Shown here piece by piece: positions 9,936-19,181 of a stretch of DNA of 64,000 bases. Numbering within the stretch: the first letter of the stretch is position 1; each line of letters starts with the position of its first letter. Source of the DNA: Ignavibacteriota bacterium (lineage in GTDB: Bacteria; Bacteroidota; Ignavibacteria; Palsa-1295); NCBI GenBank assembly GCA_963787835.1, contig CAWBEI010000004.1:224001-288000 (forward strand). The letters are read 5' to 3'. The position numbers and the translations under genes were made by a program. Below the pieces are notes generated by a model. It was not told where the DNA came from. It did no database searches and saw nothing but the letters and a program-made list of their open reading frames with translations.

Positions 9936-11174
9936 TTACTTCGGGATAGCCTCTGTCAGATTTCGTGGTCCCTTTGCTGTAACAAGAATATTATCTTCTA
10001 TCCTTACGCCGAGTTTTCCGATTAGTGGTTCGATGGCAGCCCAATCCACCAAATCGCGGTATTTGTTTCGCCGCTCTTCATCGCGAAGTAATGCTGGAAT
10101 GAAATAAAGTCCAGGCTCAACGGTAACAAGGTAGCCATCAGCCAGAGGAAGATCCATTCGAATAGCTACTCCGGCAACCTTGCACTGTCCATCACGACCG
10201 GGGAAGGCGCCACCGGCATCGCGAACGCCAAGTCCTACCATGTGCCCAATCCCATGCGGGAAAAATAGCGAGATGAGTTCCGAATCGAATGCTTCCTGCG
10301 CAGAGCATCGGATAAGTCCCATTTTTTGCAACGATCCAGCCATACTGAGCGCCGCCAATTTGTGAAGTTCTCTCCATTCTGTTCCACCAATACATCCCGC
10401 GATTACTTGCTCATTAGCAAGGAGCACCGCATCGTAGATCATTTGCTGATCTGCAGTAAATGTTCCATTTGCAGGATGCGTCCGCGTAACATCGGCGGTA
10501 TAGCTGTTCACTTCGCCACCTGCATCAATAAGTACAACTTCACCCTCGCCAACCTGCCGGTTCGTCGGGGCAAAATGAAGCACTGCTGAATTAGGCCCCG
10601 AACCAACGATTGTGGCATAACCCAAACCATCCGCTCCCGCGCGAAACATTTCCGCTTCTAGCTCGATCTGCAATTGGCGCTCGGTTATTCCCGGCTTGAT
10701 AAGTGAACGCGCTACTTCATGCCCAACGGCCGTGGCTTTTATAGCTTCTGCCATCAGTTCGATCTCGAAGGCGTCTTTCGGTCTGCGCGCATGCGTGAGT
10801 TTGGTGCGAAGCTCATCGTCTGCGGTGGCATCCTTGGGAACCCCGAGCCAACGGACTTTGCGGTCAGCGCGACTTTTCAGCCACTCCTCAAGTTCTGTTA
10901 CAGGATGTCCAACAGGATGTTCGCTCCCACCCCAAATTTGTTCACCAACGCTGAGCGGCGTTTCGAAAAGCGTCCAGCCTTCGCGCGGATCGTAGGCCAT
11001 CACGCCGCCCTCACGATGCCGGCCCGTAAGCCAAAAATATTCCGGATGTGGTTTGTATGGGAAGCACTGATCGGCGCCGCCGGGGATGGAGATGGGCATA
11101 CCAGCACCGATGAGGACGATGTCATCCGTGGTGCCAAAGGCCGATGCCGCTCGTTGTTGTCGTTGTTCAATCAT
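9936..11174 (-). CDS. pepP: Xaa-Pro aminopeptidase (M24B)
   Basis: LIDAG..YTADVTRT, HGIGHMVGLGVRD, TVEPGLYF, GVRIEDNILVT. Confidence 0.92.
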   Translation of the reverse strand: MIEQRQQRAASAFGTTDDIVLIGAGMPISIPGGADQCFPYKPHPEYFWLTGRHREGGVMAYDPREGWTLFETPLSVGEQIWGGSEHPVGHPVTELEEWLKSRADRKVRWLGVPKDATADDELRTKLTHARRPKDAFEIELMAEAIKATAVGHEVARSLIKPGITERQLQIELEAEMFRAGADGLGYATIVGSGPNSAVLHFAPTNRQVGEGEVVLIDAGGEVNSYTADVTRTHPANGTFTADQQMIYDAVLLANEQVIAGCIGGTEWRELHKLAALSMAGSLQKMGLIRCSAQEAFDSELISLFFPHGIGHMVGLGVRDAGGAFPGRDGQCKVAGVAIRMDLPLADGYLVTVEPGLYFIPALLRDEERRNKYRDLVDWAAIEPLIGKLGVRIEDNILVTAKGPRNLTEAIPK

Positions 11175-11198
11175 AATTGATGGATAAAGATTTTAAGT

Positions 11199-12629
11199 TT
11201 ATTTCTCCGGTTCTGCCTGAATGAGAATGCGCGTTAGTTGCGGAAATTGTTTTCGCAGATTTTTCTCGACGCTCGTCATGATCTCATGTGCATCGTGAAG
11301 CAATAAGTTTCGTGGCAGATCGACAGTCAGAATTAGTTTGAGGCTCTCGTCGCGCTCGTCGCGGAAAAGATGTAGATCTCGCACCCCCTGTACTAACGGA
11401 TTAGTAGCCTTGGCGAACGTAGAGGCTTCGTTGAGCATCGGAGCGTGATCGATCTCTTCGACATGCGGCATCGCGCGATCGGAACGTTCTTCTTCCAGAT
11501 GGACGAATATCCTTCCGATCTCCGGCAACTCGTGGCGTATGCGGGCTTCGATCTCACCTGCCATTGTTTCAGCACGGACAAGCGGCGTCCCAGGCGGGAA
11601 CTCAACATGGTAATCGAGCGAGGTTAGGTCATCCTCCATTCGCGAAAGTTCGATGTTATGCGGCATCAGCCCATACTCTGCGGCGATCATCTTTAGGGTA
11701 TCGAACGGCATCTCGGATGCGGTTCGAATGGCGCGCCAGTGAACGGTCACTTCGGATTGAGGAAACTCGGCAATAATACTTCGCTCCACTTGAGCAATAA
11801 TACGTTGCACCGCTGCAAAGGGAAGCACACGCGAAATCTGAACGCTGACCTCTACAAACAACACCGGCCCTGCGATCCGCATGCGCATACTGCTCACATT
11901 TTCTACTCCTGAGATCTTTTCGAGTATCGCTTTGAGCCTGTCGTAATCTCCGGTTTTTGTGTAGCGATCGGTAAGACCATCGACGGCACGAGAAATAAGG
12001 CGGACGCTGAGATATGCAACGAACACCGCAACAAGGATCGCAGCCCAGTTATCCGCTTGAGGAAAATTTCCGAACCGCACCAGCAGTAACGCAACCAATG
12101 CAATAAGTGCCGATAGCGAATCGGTGAAAAAATGCAGCGAGCTTGCTTCCAGCGCGGCAGAATGCTGCTCTTTACTCGTTCCCTGCAATAATTTTGCGCG
12201 CCAGAGATCGAGCGCCATGGATAATAGGAGCACGCCGAAGCTCCAGAAATTCACTTCGATTGTTTCCAGAGTTCCCATTAATCGCTGAATGGCGCTGAAG
12301 GCGATCCAGATGGTAACAATAAGCAGCAGCAAACCCTGCGCGAGTGCCGAAAGGCTTTCGAACTTGCCATGGCCGTAGGGATGATCCTCGTCAGGTGGGA
12401 TGGAGCTAACACGAACTGCGAGGAGGGTGATAACAACTGCCGCGAGATCGATGCCGGACTCTGCAGCGAGCGATAACAGCGCGAGGGAACCTGTAACGAT
12501 CCCAACCGTCAGCTTCGCGACCATAAGCACCAGCGTAACCACCAGCGAAACCCAGGCGACCTGAAGCTTCTTCACAGACGGACGGGGGCCTTGGGATGGG
12601 GAAAGATCGGAAGAATAACCCGATGACAT
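11199..12629 (-). CDS. cation diffusion facilitator transporter with extended C-terminal domains
   Basis: GSLALLS, PPDEDHPYGHGKFE, HFFTD; C-terminal repeats ending VTVHW, IFVHLEE, ILIQAEP. Confidence 0.9.
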   Translation of the reverse strand: MSSGYSSDLSPSQGPRPSVKKLQVAWVSLVVTLVLMVAKLTVGIVTGSLALLSLAAESGIDLAAVVITLLAVRVSSIPPDEDHPYGHGKFESLSALAQGLLLLIVTIWIAFSAIQRLMGTLETIEVNFWSFGVLLLSMALDLWRAKLLQGTSKEQHSAALEASSLHFFTDSLSALIALVALLLVRFGNFPQADNWAAILVAVFVAYLSVRLISRAVDGLTDRYTKTGDYDRLKAILEKISGVENVSSMRMRIAGPVLFVEVSVQISRVLPFAAVQRIIAQVERSIIAEFPQSEVTVHWRAIRTASEMPFDTLKMIAAEYGLMPHNIELSRMEDDLTSLDYHVEFPPGTPLVRAETMAGEIEARIRHELPEIGRIFVHLEEERSDRAMPHVEEIDHAPMLNEASTFAKATNPLVQGVRDLHLFRDERDESLKLILTVDLPRNLLLHDAHEIMTSVEKNLRKQFPQLTRILIQAEPEK

Positions 12630-12678
12630 GAGGCCGCTATAATTATTGGCAATATCTCAACATTGCGCTCAAGAAAAT

Positions 12679-12767
12679 GCATCGTCAACTATGCAGGCAT
12701 CGTCAGCGATGCAGGCATCGTCAGCGATGCAGGCATCGTCAGCGATGCGTGCATCATCAAAGATGCA
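12679..12767. repeat. five tandem 18-bp palindromic units (GCATCG-tcag-CGATGC-ag)
   Basis: Units start at 12679, 12697, 12715, 12733 and 12751; the last abuts the tRNA CCA end. Confidence 0.92.
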
Positions 12768-12854
12768 TGGTGCCCGAGGCGGGACTCGAACCCGCACAGC
12801 CTCACGACTACTGCGTTCTGAGCACAGCGTGTCTACCAATTCCACCACCCAGGC
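12768..12854 (-). tRNA. tRNA-Leu(CAG)
   Basis: Reverse complement folds as a cloverleaf with long variable arm: GCCTGGG...CT CAG AA...GGTTCGAGTCC...CTCGGGC ACCA. Confidence 0.96.
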
Positions 12855-12896
12855 ATGTTTTCCCCGGTATAATTCATCCGGGGGACGGCCTAACAG

Positions 12897-13955
12897 CTAT
12901 GATTCTACGCCTGTTCCGCACGTCCGTAGGCATTCTTTGCCGCCCTCACGAATGCCCCGCGCATTCTCCGGATCGACATCCGGCGTAATGCCATGCCCCA
13001 GATTGAAAATATGACCTCTTGGCTCGCCCATTCGTTTTGCAATAGCACGGACTTTTTCTTCGATCACCTCAGGTGTGGTATAAAGAAGGGAGGGATCGAG
13101 GTTCCCTTGCAGTGCGACTGAATCGCCAAGCAATGCTTTCACCTCCGAAATATCTATTGTCCAATCGAGGCCGATGACATCACAGCCCGACATCGCGATC
13201 TCCGAAAGGGAATGATTCGCGCCTTTGCAAAATAGGATGATCGGTGCTTTGCGCTTCGTGTGCTGCTTCACAAGCTGTACGATCTCGATAAGATACCCAA
13301 GCGAGAATTCGATGAAATCTTCTGGTGTGAGAACCCCAGCCCATGTATCGAAGATCTGCACAACATCTGCGCCAGCCTCGATCTGCGCGATGAGATATTG
13401 GGCGACAGCATCCGAAATTTTGCGAAGCAGAAGATGTGCGTCCTCTTTGCGGGTATAGAGCATCTGCTTCGCATACCTGAAATCCTTCGAGCCTTGGCCT
13501 TCGACCATATAGGCAAAAAGCGTCCACGGCGCGCCGGAAAATCCGATAAGCGGTACGCGGCCATTCAGCTTTTCTTTCGTGAGCTTGATGGCGTCTGTGA
13601 CGTAACTGAGCTTCGAATTAATATCTTTATCCGTCAGCGATTTAATTTGTGTGTAGAGACGAATGGGGTCAGGGAATCTCGGGCCTTCGCCTTCCTCGAA
13701 CACCAAATTCATTCCCATCGCCTCTGGCACGACGAGAATATCCGAAAAGATGATCGCCGCATCGACATCCATAAGATCGACGGGCTGGATCGTCACCGCT
13801 GCGGCAAGCTCCGGCGTGCGCACCATGTCGAGGAAGCTATGCTGCGCGCGAATGGCGCGGTACTCCGGCAAATACCGTCCCGCCTGACGCATGAACCACA
13901 CCGGCGCTCGCTCGATCGGCTCCATCCGAGCGGCACGAATTAGAAGATCATTCAT
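12897..13955 (-). CDS. hemE: uroporphyrinogen decarboxylase (probable 1-nt insertion near the C-terminus; corrected stop at 12905)
   Basis: PVWFMRQAGRYLPEY, FSDILV, GFSGAPWTL, QGNLDP, FNLGHGI. Confidence 0.96.
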   Translation of the reverse strand: MNDLLIRAARMEPIERAPVWFMRQAGRYLPEYRAIRAQHSFLDMVRTPELAAAVTIQPVDLMDVDAAIIFSDILVVPEAMGMNLVFEEGEGPRFPDPIRLYTQIKSLTDKDINSKLSYVTDAIKLTKEKLNGRVPLIGFSGAPWTLFAYMVEGQGSKDFRYAKQMLYTRKEDAHLLLRKISDAVAQYLIAQIEAGADVVQIFDTWAGVLTPEDFIEFSLGYLIEIVQLVKQHTKRKAPIILFCKGANHSLSEIAMSGCDVIGLDWTIDISEVKALLGDSVALQGNLDPSLLYTTPEVIEEKVRAIAKRMGEPRGHIFNLGHGITPDVDPENARGIREGGKECLRTCGTGVES

Positions 13956-13959
13956 AATA

Positions 13960-14155
13960 TCTGAACCAGGATGACGCGGATCAGGACGGATGACGCGGAT
14001 GAGTTAATAGAAATATTCACGTATCGTTTAACAAATACGGGCTCCTTTCGTCCCGCGCCCGCCTCAAAATATATTGCAATGTCAATCCCGCTTTTGCGGG
14101 AATGACACGAAACCATCCGCGTCATCCGACTTAATCCGCGTAATCCAGGTTCAGA
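13960..14155. repeat. MITE-like element with ~42-bp terminal inverted repeats built from 9-bp units
   Basis: tctgaaccaggatgacgcggat..(13960-14001) is the inverted counterpart of ..atccgcgtaatccaggttcaga (14114-14155); contains palindrome tgtcaatcccgcttttgcgggaatgaca (14080-14107). Confidence 0.75.
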
Positions 14156-15424
14156 CTAATGCATCAACTCGATCGGCAGCGTCTCCATCTTACCATTCAT
14201 CCGGACAAGGCTCTGGTATGTCCCATCGGGTAATCCTGTAGGATTACCCCACATGAAGCTGTGCTCTCCCGCACCAATCTCGCCCGAAAACAGCCGCGCA
14301 ACCTCCACGCCAAGCATATTCACAATGGATACTTCCGCATACCCGGCAGCTTGCGAGGTGAAGGTGATTTGGGTGGATTGGGAGAAGGGGTTGGGGAAGA
14401 CGTGAAATTCACCTTCGAATGGTGAATTTCCCGCAACGCTTTCTTTCTGCAGATTCATTTCCGAAAGCGGACGTCGCCATATTCCACTATCGGTTCCAGC
14501 AAGCAGGAATGACCCATAGACTTCAAGAGACTCGACCCACGTCTTGCCTGGAATGCCGGAATTGACGGATGCCCAGCTTTGTCCGGTATCAATGGTTAGA
14601 AAAATTCCACCGGTGTCATCACTGACAAATAAATTTGAGTCTTTCGCGGCAAACCCATTCAGTCCAGTATTATATGGAACTGTAATTGTTGTCGGTGACC
14701 AGGTATTGCCACTATCAGTCGACATTCTTATGCCTCCTTCAATAGTGCCAGCAAAAAGATCGGCGCCATATGTGAAAAGGGTATTGATGGATTCTGCACC
14801 CTGTTCTGGGCCTTGCCAAGTTGCCCCGTCATCCATTGACCGAAATATACCATATCCGCCAGGGCCTTCAAAAAGTATGGTGCCAAGCAGAGTGAGAGAA
14901 GTGACAAATCTAGCGTAATGAGACAATCCCGTATCTCGGGCATTCCAACTTATACCACCATTAGTAGAAAAATAAACACCCCCGTCTTGTCCATAGAGGC
15001 CATTGGCATTAACGCCCGCAAAAATAAACGTTCCATCTACTGCGAATGCATCAACAATGGCAGAATCAGGTAAACCAATGTTGGCGCCTTTCCAGCTTTT
15101 CCCACTATCGGTAGAGAGAAGAATTCCATGCCACCACGTTCCAGCGAAGATATTCTTACCACTAACTTTCAATGCGACGACTAGCGTCGTATCTGTTATA
15201 CCTAAATTTAATGGTGCCCAATTTTGCCCACTATCAGTTGAAACGAAAATTCCTCCAGATGGCCAACCGTCAGATGCAAATAAGTAAGGACCAAGTGCGG
15301 AAAAGGCAGTAAACGTTTCTTGGTGTGGAGCATTCATTTGTTTCCACTGCGCATGCAGCCCACACGCAGGCATCACCGCGAGCGTGGCGAAGAGGGTGAG
15401 TGCGAGAAGTCGTTTCAGGAACAT
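14156..15424 (-). CDS. secreted BNR/Asp-box beta-propeller protein with T9SS-type C-terminal domain
   Basis: Signal peptide; repeated STDSGxxW; GIWRRPLSEM; FPNPF..IVNMLG..GTY CTD; start at ATG 15424. Confidence 0.85.
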   Translation of the reverse strand: MFLKRLLALTLFATLAVMPACGLHAQWKQMNAPHQETFTAFSALGPYLFASDGWPSGGIFVSTDSGQNWAPLNLGITDTTLVVALKVSGKNIFAGTWWHGILLSTDSGKSWKGANIGLPDSAIVDAFAVDGTFIFAGVNANGLYGQDGGVYFSTNGGISWNARDTGLSHYARFVTSLTLLGTILFEGPGGYGIFRSMDDGATWQGPEQGAESINTLFTYGADLFAGTIEGGIRMSTDSGNTWSPTTITVPYNTGLNGFAAKDSNLFVSDDTGGIFLTIDTGQSWASVNSGIPGKTWVESLEVYGSFLLAGTDSGIWRRPLSEMNLQKESVAGNSPFEGEFHVFPNPFSQSTQITFTSQAAGYAEVSIVNMLGVEVARLFSGEIGAGEHSFMWGNPTGLPDGTYQSLVRMNGKMETLPIELMH

Positions 15425-15474
15425 GGTTTTATGCTGCCCTGAAAAGTATTGCACGGCGCAAATAGTGCCCAATG

Positions 15475-15515
15475 TCTGAACTGGGATTTATGGGATGCAT
15501 GGGATTATTTGGATG
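15475..15515 (+). repeat. 9-bp tandem repeat arm (tctgaac-TGGGATTTA family)
   Basis: tctgaactgggatttatgggatgcatgggattatttggatg; related copy at 62137. Confidence 0.7.
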
Positions 15516-15536
15516 CGATGCAAACGCCATAGGCGT

Positions 15537-15665
15537 GGCCCGTTTGTAGAAAAAATAATATTTGATATCATTAGCTCCGTAGGAGCGACCTATTGGCCGC
15601 TCCTACGGAGCTTGATAATGCCAAATAAAATGATTTTCTACAAACGGGCCGCTCCTAACGGAGCT
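15537..15665. repeat. nested REP/REPIN-like palindrome (GTAG type)
   Basis: Outer arms ggcccgtttgtagaaaa/ttttctacaaacgggcc; inner arms agctccgtaggagcg/cgctcctacggagct; a third partial copy contains the hemD stop. Confidence 0.8.
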
Positions 15666-16434
15666 TGCGAACGATTTCATTCGCCAAGCTTGTCATGTCT
15701 GCTCTCGGCGCAACAATTTCCGGCGCGCGGTGCAATGTTTCCTCAATGGCTTGTGCCGTCGTTCTGCCGATCGCGGCGAGAGTGGGGAGAGTATCGAGCA
15801 ATTCGGTTCCGGCAAGCGTTAGCGCAAAATTGATGACGGAGGATGGCGAAAAGAATGCGATCACATTGGGGCGCTCATTGCTTTGCATTAGTTGGATGAG
15901 CCGCACGGCATCGGCTGGCTTGGGCCCGTTCGTATGATACAACGTAACTCGCTCCGGCAAAGCACCAATTTCGCGAAGAGCATTCTCCAAAGTATTCAAC
16001 CCGATCTGCGATTGTAGCAGCAGGATGTGTTTTCCTGAGAGATCACTTTTAGAAAATGATGCAATTAATTCTCTGCTGCCGCCTTCGGAAGGAATGGGAA
16101 AGTGAATTTCAAAACCAAATTGTGTCAATTCTCTTGCCGTAGTTTCACCAACGGCTCCAAAGCAAGCATTCTTTCGAAGCGCATCAATCAGCCCAAGTTT
16201 TCGTGACCGTTGTTCGAAGAAATATACTGCGGTGGGACTGGAAAGAATAATACAGTCGAATTCTCCTCTCGCAGCACGACCAAGAGCAGAATTAAGCTCG
16301 CTTAGATCGGGTGGGAGCGAAAACGAGATCATCGGTATCTCTTCGATGACAATTCCCGCGCCGTTCAGAATGCGGTGCAGATCGTCATCATCAGAAGAAC
16401 GAATGCGAGGGCGCGTGAGCAGGACTCTTGGCAA
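15655..16434 (-). CDS. hemD: uroporphyrinogen-III synthase
   Basis: RVLLTRP, LSSPTAV, AVGETTA, FFSPSSV, AAIGRTTA; directly downstream of hemC. Confidence 0.9.
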   Translation of the reverse strand: MPRVLLTRPRIRSSDDDDLHRILNGAGIVIEEIPMISFSLPPDLSELNSALGRAARGEFDCIILSSPTAVYFFEQRSRKLGLIDALRKNACFGAVGETTARELTQFGFEIHFPIPSEGGSRELIASFSKSDLSGKHILLLQSQIGLNTLENALREIGALPERVTLYHTNGPKPADAVRLIQLMQSNERPNVIAFFSPSSVINFALTLAGTELLDTLPTLAAIGRTTAQAIEETLHRAPEIVAPRADMTSLANEIVRKLR

Positions 16435-16510
16435 TTATGAATGATGAATTCTGAATGATGAAAAATCCTTCGTTAGACATAACATAATTCATCATTCATA
16501 ATTCATCATT
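16435..16510. repeat. inverted pair of heptamer arrays (ATGAATG/ATGAATT)
   Basis: ttatgaatgatgaattctgaatgatgaa ... cataattcatcattcataattcatcatt; contains the hemC stop. Confidence 0.8.
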
Positions 16511-17424
16511 GCCAACAACTCTTTCCCACCCATATCGAGCAATGTTCTCGCAAGGTCTGCACCAATTTGCTCTGCTGTGCTAACATCGCCGGTATGAACA
16601 GCACGCACAAGCGATTCACCATTCATTGCAGCGATACAGCCGGAAAGCTCCAGCACGTTGTCAACGATCTTTCCATGAGTACCGATAGGAACCTGACATC
16701 CACCACCGAGCGCTAGTAATAATGCGCGTTCTGCGGTTACGCTTTGCTTTGTCGCGTCATGATTGAGCGGAGCAAGAAGTTCTAGCGTTTTTGCATCACC
16801 ACTTCTGCATTCAATTCCCAGCGCGCCCTGTCCAGCAGCAGGTAATACCCATTCGAGTGAGATCGTATGGGCAATGTGCTCCGTTAGTCCAAGCCGTTCG
16901 AGACCTGCGCGAGCAAGGATCATTCCATCCCAATTGGATTCGAGCATTTTACGAATGCGTGTCGGCACGTTACCGCGAATATCGACAATACGGAAATCAG
17001 GGCGTTTGGTTAGGAGTTGTGCGATCCGGCGCAGGCTTCCAGTTGCTATGGTCGCGCCATCTGGCAGGTCCATCAGGCGAGTGTTCGTGTCTTTGGCGAG
17101 GAACACATCCTCTACATTTGCGCGCTCGGGAATAGCTCCAAGGGTAAGGGCATCGGGCAATGATGTCGGAAGATCTTTCAAGCTGTGAACGGCAATATCG
17201 ATTTCATTTGCCAGGAGTGCGGTTTCTAACTCTTTTGTGAAAACACCTTTTCCGCCGATCATCGAGAGTGAAGAATCGAGTATCTTATCGCCGGTGGTGT
17301 GAATATGCTTGATGGTAACTTCGAGGTCTGGATGTGCGGCACGCAGGCGGTCGCGGATATAGTTCGATTGCCATAGCGCAAGGTCGCTTGCTCGGGAACC
17401 AATAGTGAGATGCCGCACGCTCAC
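16492..17424 (-). CDS. hemC: hydroxymethylbilane synthase (porphobilinogen deaminase)
   Basis: GSRASDLALWQ, GKGVFTKELE, AVHSLKDLP, RGNVPTR, GGCQVPIG. Confidence 0.97.
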   Translation of the reverse strand: MSVRHLTIGSRASDLALWQSNYIRDRLRAAHPDLEVTIKHIHTTGDKILDSSLSMIGGKGVFTKELETALLANEIDIAVHSLKDLPTSLPDALTLGAIPERANVEDVFLAKDTNTRLMDLPDGATIATGSLRRIAQLLTKRPDFRIVDIRGNVPTRIRKMLESNWDGMILARAGLERLGLTEHIAHTISLEWVLPAAGQGALGIECRSGDAKTLELLAPLNHDATKQSVTAERALLLALGGGCQVPIGTHGKIVDNVLELSGCIAAMNGESLVRAVHTGDVSTAEQIGADLARTLLDMGGKELLAMMNYE

Positions 17425-18023
17425 TTCACAAAAATGGCGCGTAACTCCAGCAGCGCCTGCTTCATCGAATGGATCTCTTCAAGGGAAAGGGATGCCGTGG
17501 GAACGGAGGGTTTTGTATCAGAGACGAGCGCTATTTGATCCGGGTCATTGACCTGAACCGGTTCATCCTGAGGCTTTCCTTCACCCAGGCGTTCAGCTTT
17601 TAAGATAGCTTTTGCTCCCTCGATGGTGTAACGCTGCTCGCGCAACAGTTCCTTAATGCGGAGGGTGAACTTGATGTCGCGATTCGAATAAATCCGGTTC
17701 CCAGCGCGATTTTTCTGCGGGCGGAGTTCATCGAATTCTGTTTCCCAATATCGCAGCACATACGGTTCAAGCCCCGTGAGGCGGCTGACCTCGGAGATCG
17801 AATAGTACAATTTCGGGATCGAAAGATCTTTCATGCTGCGGCGGGACGATGCAGTGCTGGTCGGTGCAGCCGTTTCATTGGTCTGGGCGTTTTCATCAGC
17901 CAGTGGGAGTGGCGGCGGAATCGTCTCTTCGGCTACCACGATCAGAGGAGCGGATACTTCCTCGGTTGTGGCAGTTGCAAGTACGATTCCGGGTCTCTCG
18001 AAAAACTCTCCCTGAGTGCCCAT
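17421..18023 (-). CDS. MerR family transcriptional regulator
   Basis: KLYYSISEVSRLTGLEPYVLRYWETEF..PQKNRAGNRIY..YTIEGAK. Confidence 0.9.
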   Translation of the reverse strand: MGTQGEFFERPGIVLATATTEEVSAPLIVVAEETIPPPLPLADENAQTNETAAPTSTASSRRSMKDLSIPKLYYSISEVSRLTGLEPYVLRYWETEFDELRPQKNRAGNRIYSNRDIKFTLRIKELLREQRYTIEGAKAILKAERLGEGKPQDEPVQVNDPDQIALVSDTKPSVPTASLSLEEIHSMKQALLELRAIFVK

Positions 18024-18105
18024 GGAGCAATATCAAATAAACAAAAAAATTGCAGAATGTGGAAAACTTTAACCGTTACGGGTTATGCTAAGTTCATTTG
18101 CGAAC

Positions 18106-18492
18106 TCAGACTCTTTCGATCGTGACGATCGCTTCGGCGATCTCTTTGGTGTGCGTGATGGATAGCTTGATAATGAACTCACCGCCGATGATATGCTGTG
18201 CCCGTTCGGTCATTTTTCCTCGAAGCTCGATAAACGGCCGCCCCGACCATTCTTTCAGCACACAAACCTGGCTCCAGTGGAAGCCACGCCGCACGCCTGT
18301 TCCAAGCGCTTTGGCATACGCTTCTTTAGCTGCAAACCGAGCGGCGAAATGCTCGGCGGCATGTGGCCTTTTGGCACAATATTGAATCTCCTCTTCGCAA
18401 TAAATGCGCCTCAGGAATTGATCGCCATAGGTTGCCACCGAGCGCGCAATGCGCGACACCTCGATGGTATCGATGCCAATTCCGAAAAGCAT
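18106..18492 (-). CDS. acpS: holo-[acyl-carrier-protein] synthase
   Basis: GIGIDTIE, FAARFAAKEAYAKALGTG, LSITH. Confidence 0.96.
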   Translation of the reverse strand: MLFGIGIDTIEVSRIARSVATYGDQFLRRIYCEEEIQYCAKRPHAAEHFAARFAAKEAYAKALGTGVRRGFHWSQVCVLKEWSGRPFIELRGKMTERAQHIIGGEFIIKLSITHTKEIAEAIVTIERV

Positions 18493-19181
18493 TATGCAAA
18501 ATCATTATTTTGAGCATCGACAATATCGAGGATATTGCTGATGTCCGCAAGGTCGAAATCTGCGCCGGGGTCTTTTGTATCGAATTGATCACCGTAACGC
18601 GCGAACGCCGTTTGCATTCCAACGGCTTTTGCACCCGCGATGTCGCGCTCGGCCCAGTCGCCGACCATGAGCGCATTCTGCGGCGCGGTTCCCAGATGTT
18701 CCAGCACGGTCAGGAAAGGACGCGCGGAGGGTTTGCGCTCGCCGGTTTCATCGAACGTAACGGCAATGCTAAAAATATGATGAAACCCAATGTGGCACAA
18801 ACGAAGCCATGCCTCGCGGCTGGGGGCATCCGTTAGAACGGCAAGCTTAATGCCGCGTCGCAAAAGTTGCATCAGGGTTGATGTCGCGTGAGGGTATGGC
18901 TTCAGTGCGGCCTCGCGCGCACGGCGGTATGCAATCACTCCTGCGGCAAGGATACGATGATCTATTTTATTGAATACGCCGAAAATGAGATCGTCGAAGA
19001 CTTGTTGGTATTCAATGCCGCGTTCTTTGTAAATGGCATCGATTCGAGATTTAATATCAGTTCGTTCCAGATCCAGGCCAGCATCGAGCATGGCGTCGAT
19101 GGCGGCTTCGATGGCCTGACGCTTCATCGCCATAAAATCGACGAGCGTGTTATCGAGATCGAATACGATGGATTGGATCAT
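18492..19181 (-). CDS. HAD-superfamily hydrolase
   Basis: FDLDNTL, VLTD, KPS, MVGDWAERDIAGAKAVGM. Confidence 0.9.
   Translation of the reverse strand: MIQSIVFDLDNTLVDFMAMKRQAIEAAIDAMLDAGLDLERTDIKSRIDAIYKERGIEYQQVFDDLIFGVFNKIDHRILAAGVIAYRRAREAALKPYPHATSTLMQLLRRGIKLAVLTDAPSREAWLRLCHIGFHHIFSIAVTFDETGERKPSARPFLTVLEHLGTAPQNALMVGDWAERDIAGAKAVGMQTAFARYGDQFDTKDPGADFDLADISNILDIVDAQNNDFA

Noticed and set aside
12679-12767. Possible CRISPR array
   Set aside because: Units are 18 bp and head-to-tail with no unique spacers; no cas genes in the window
12646-13014. ORFs with MQASSA or HRQRCR repeats
   Set aside because: They are translations of the 18-bp repeat and the antisense strand of tRNA-Leu
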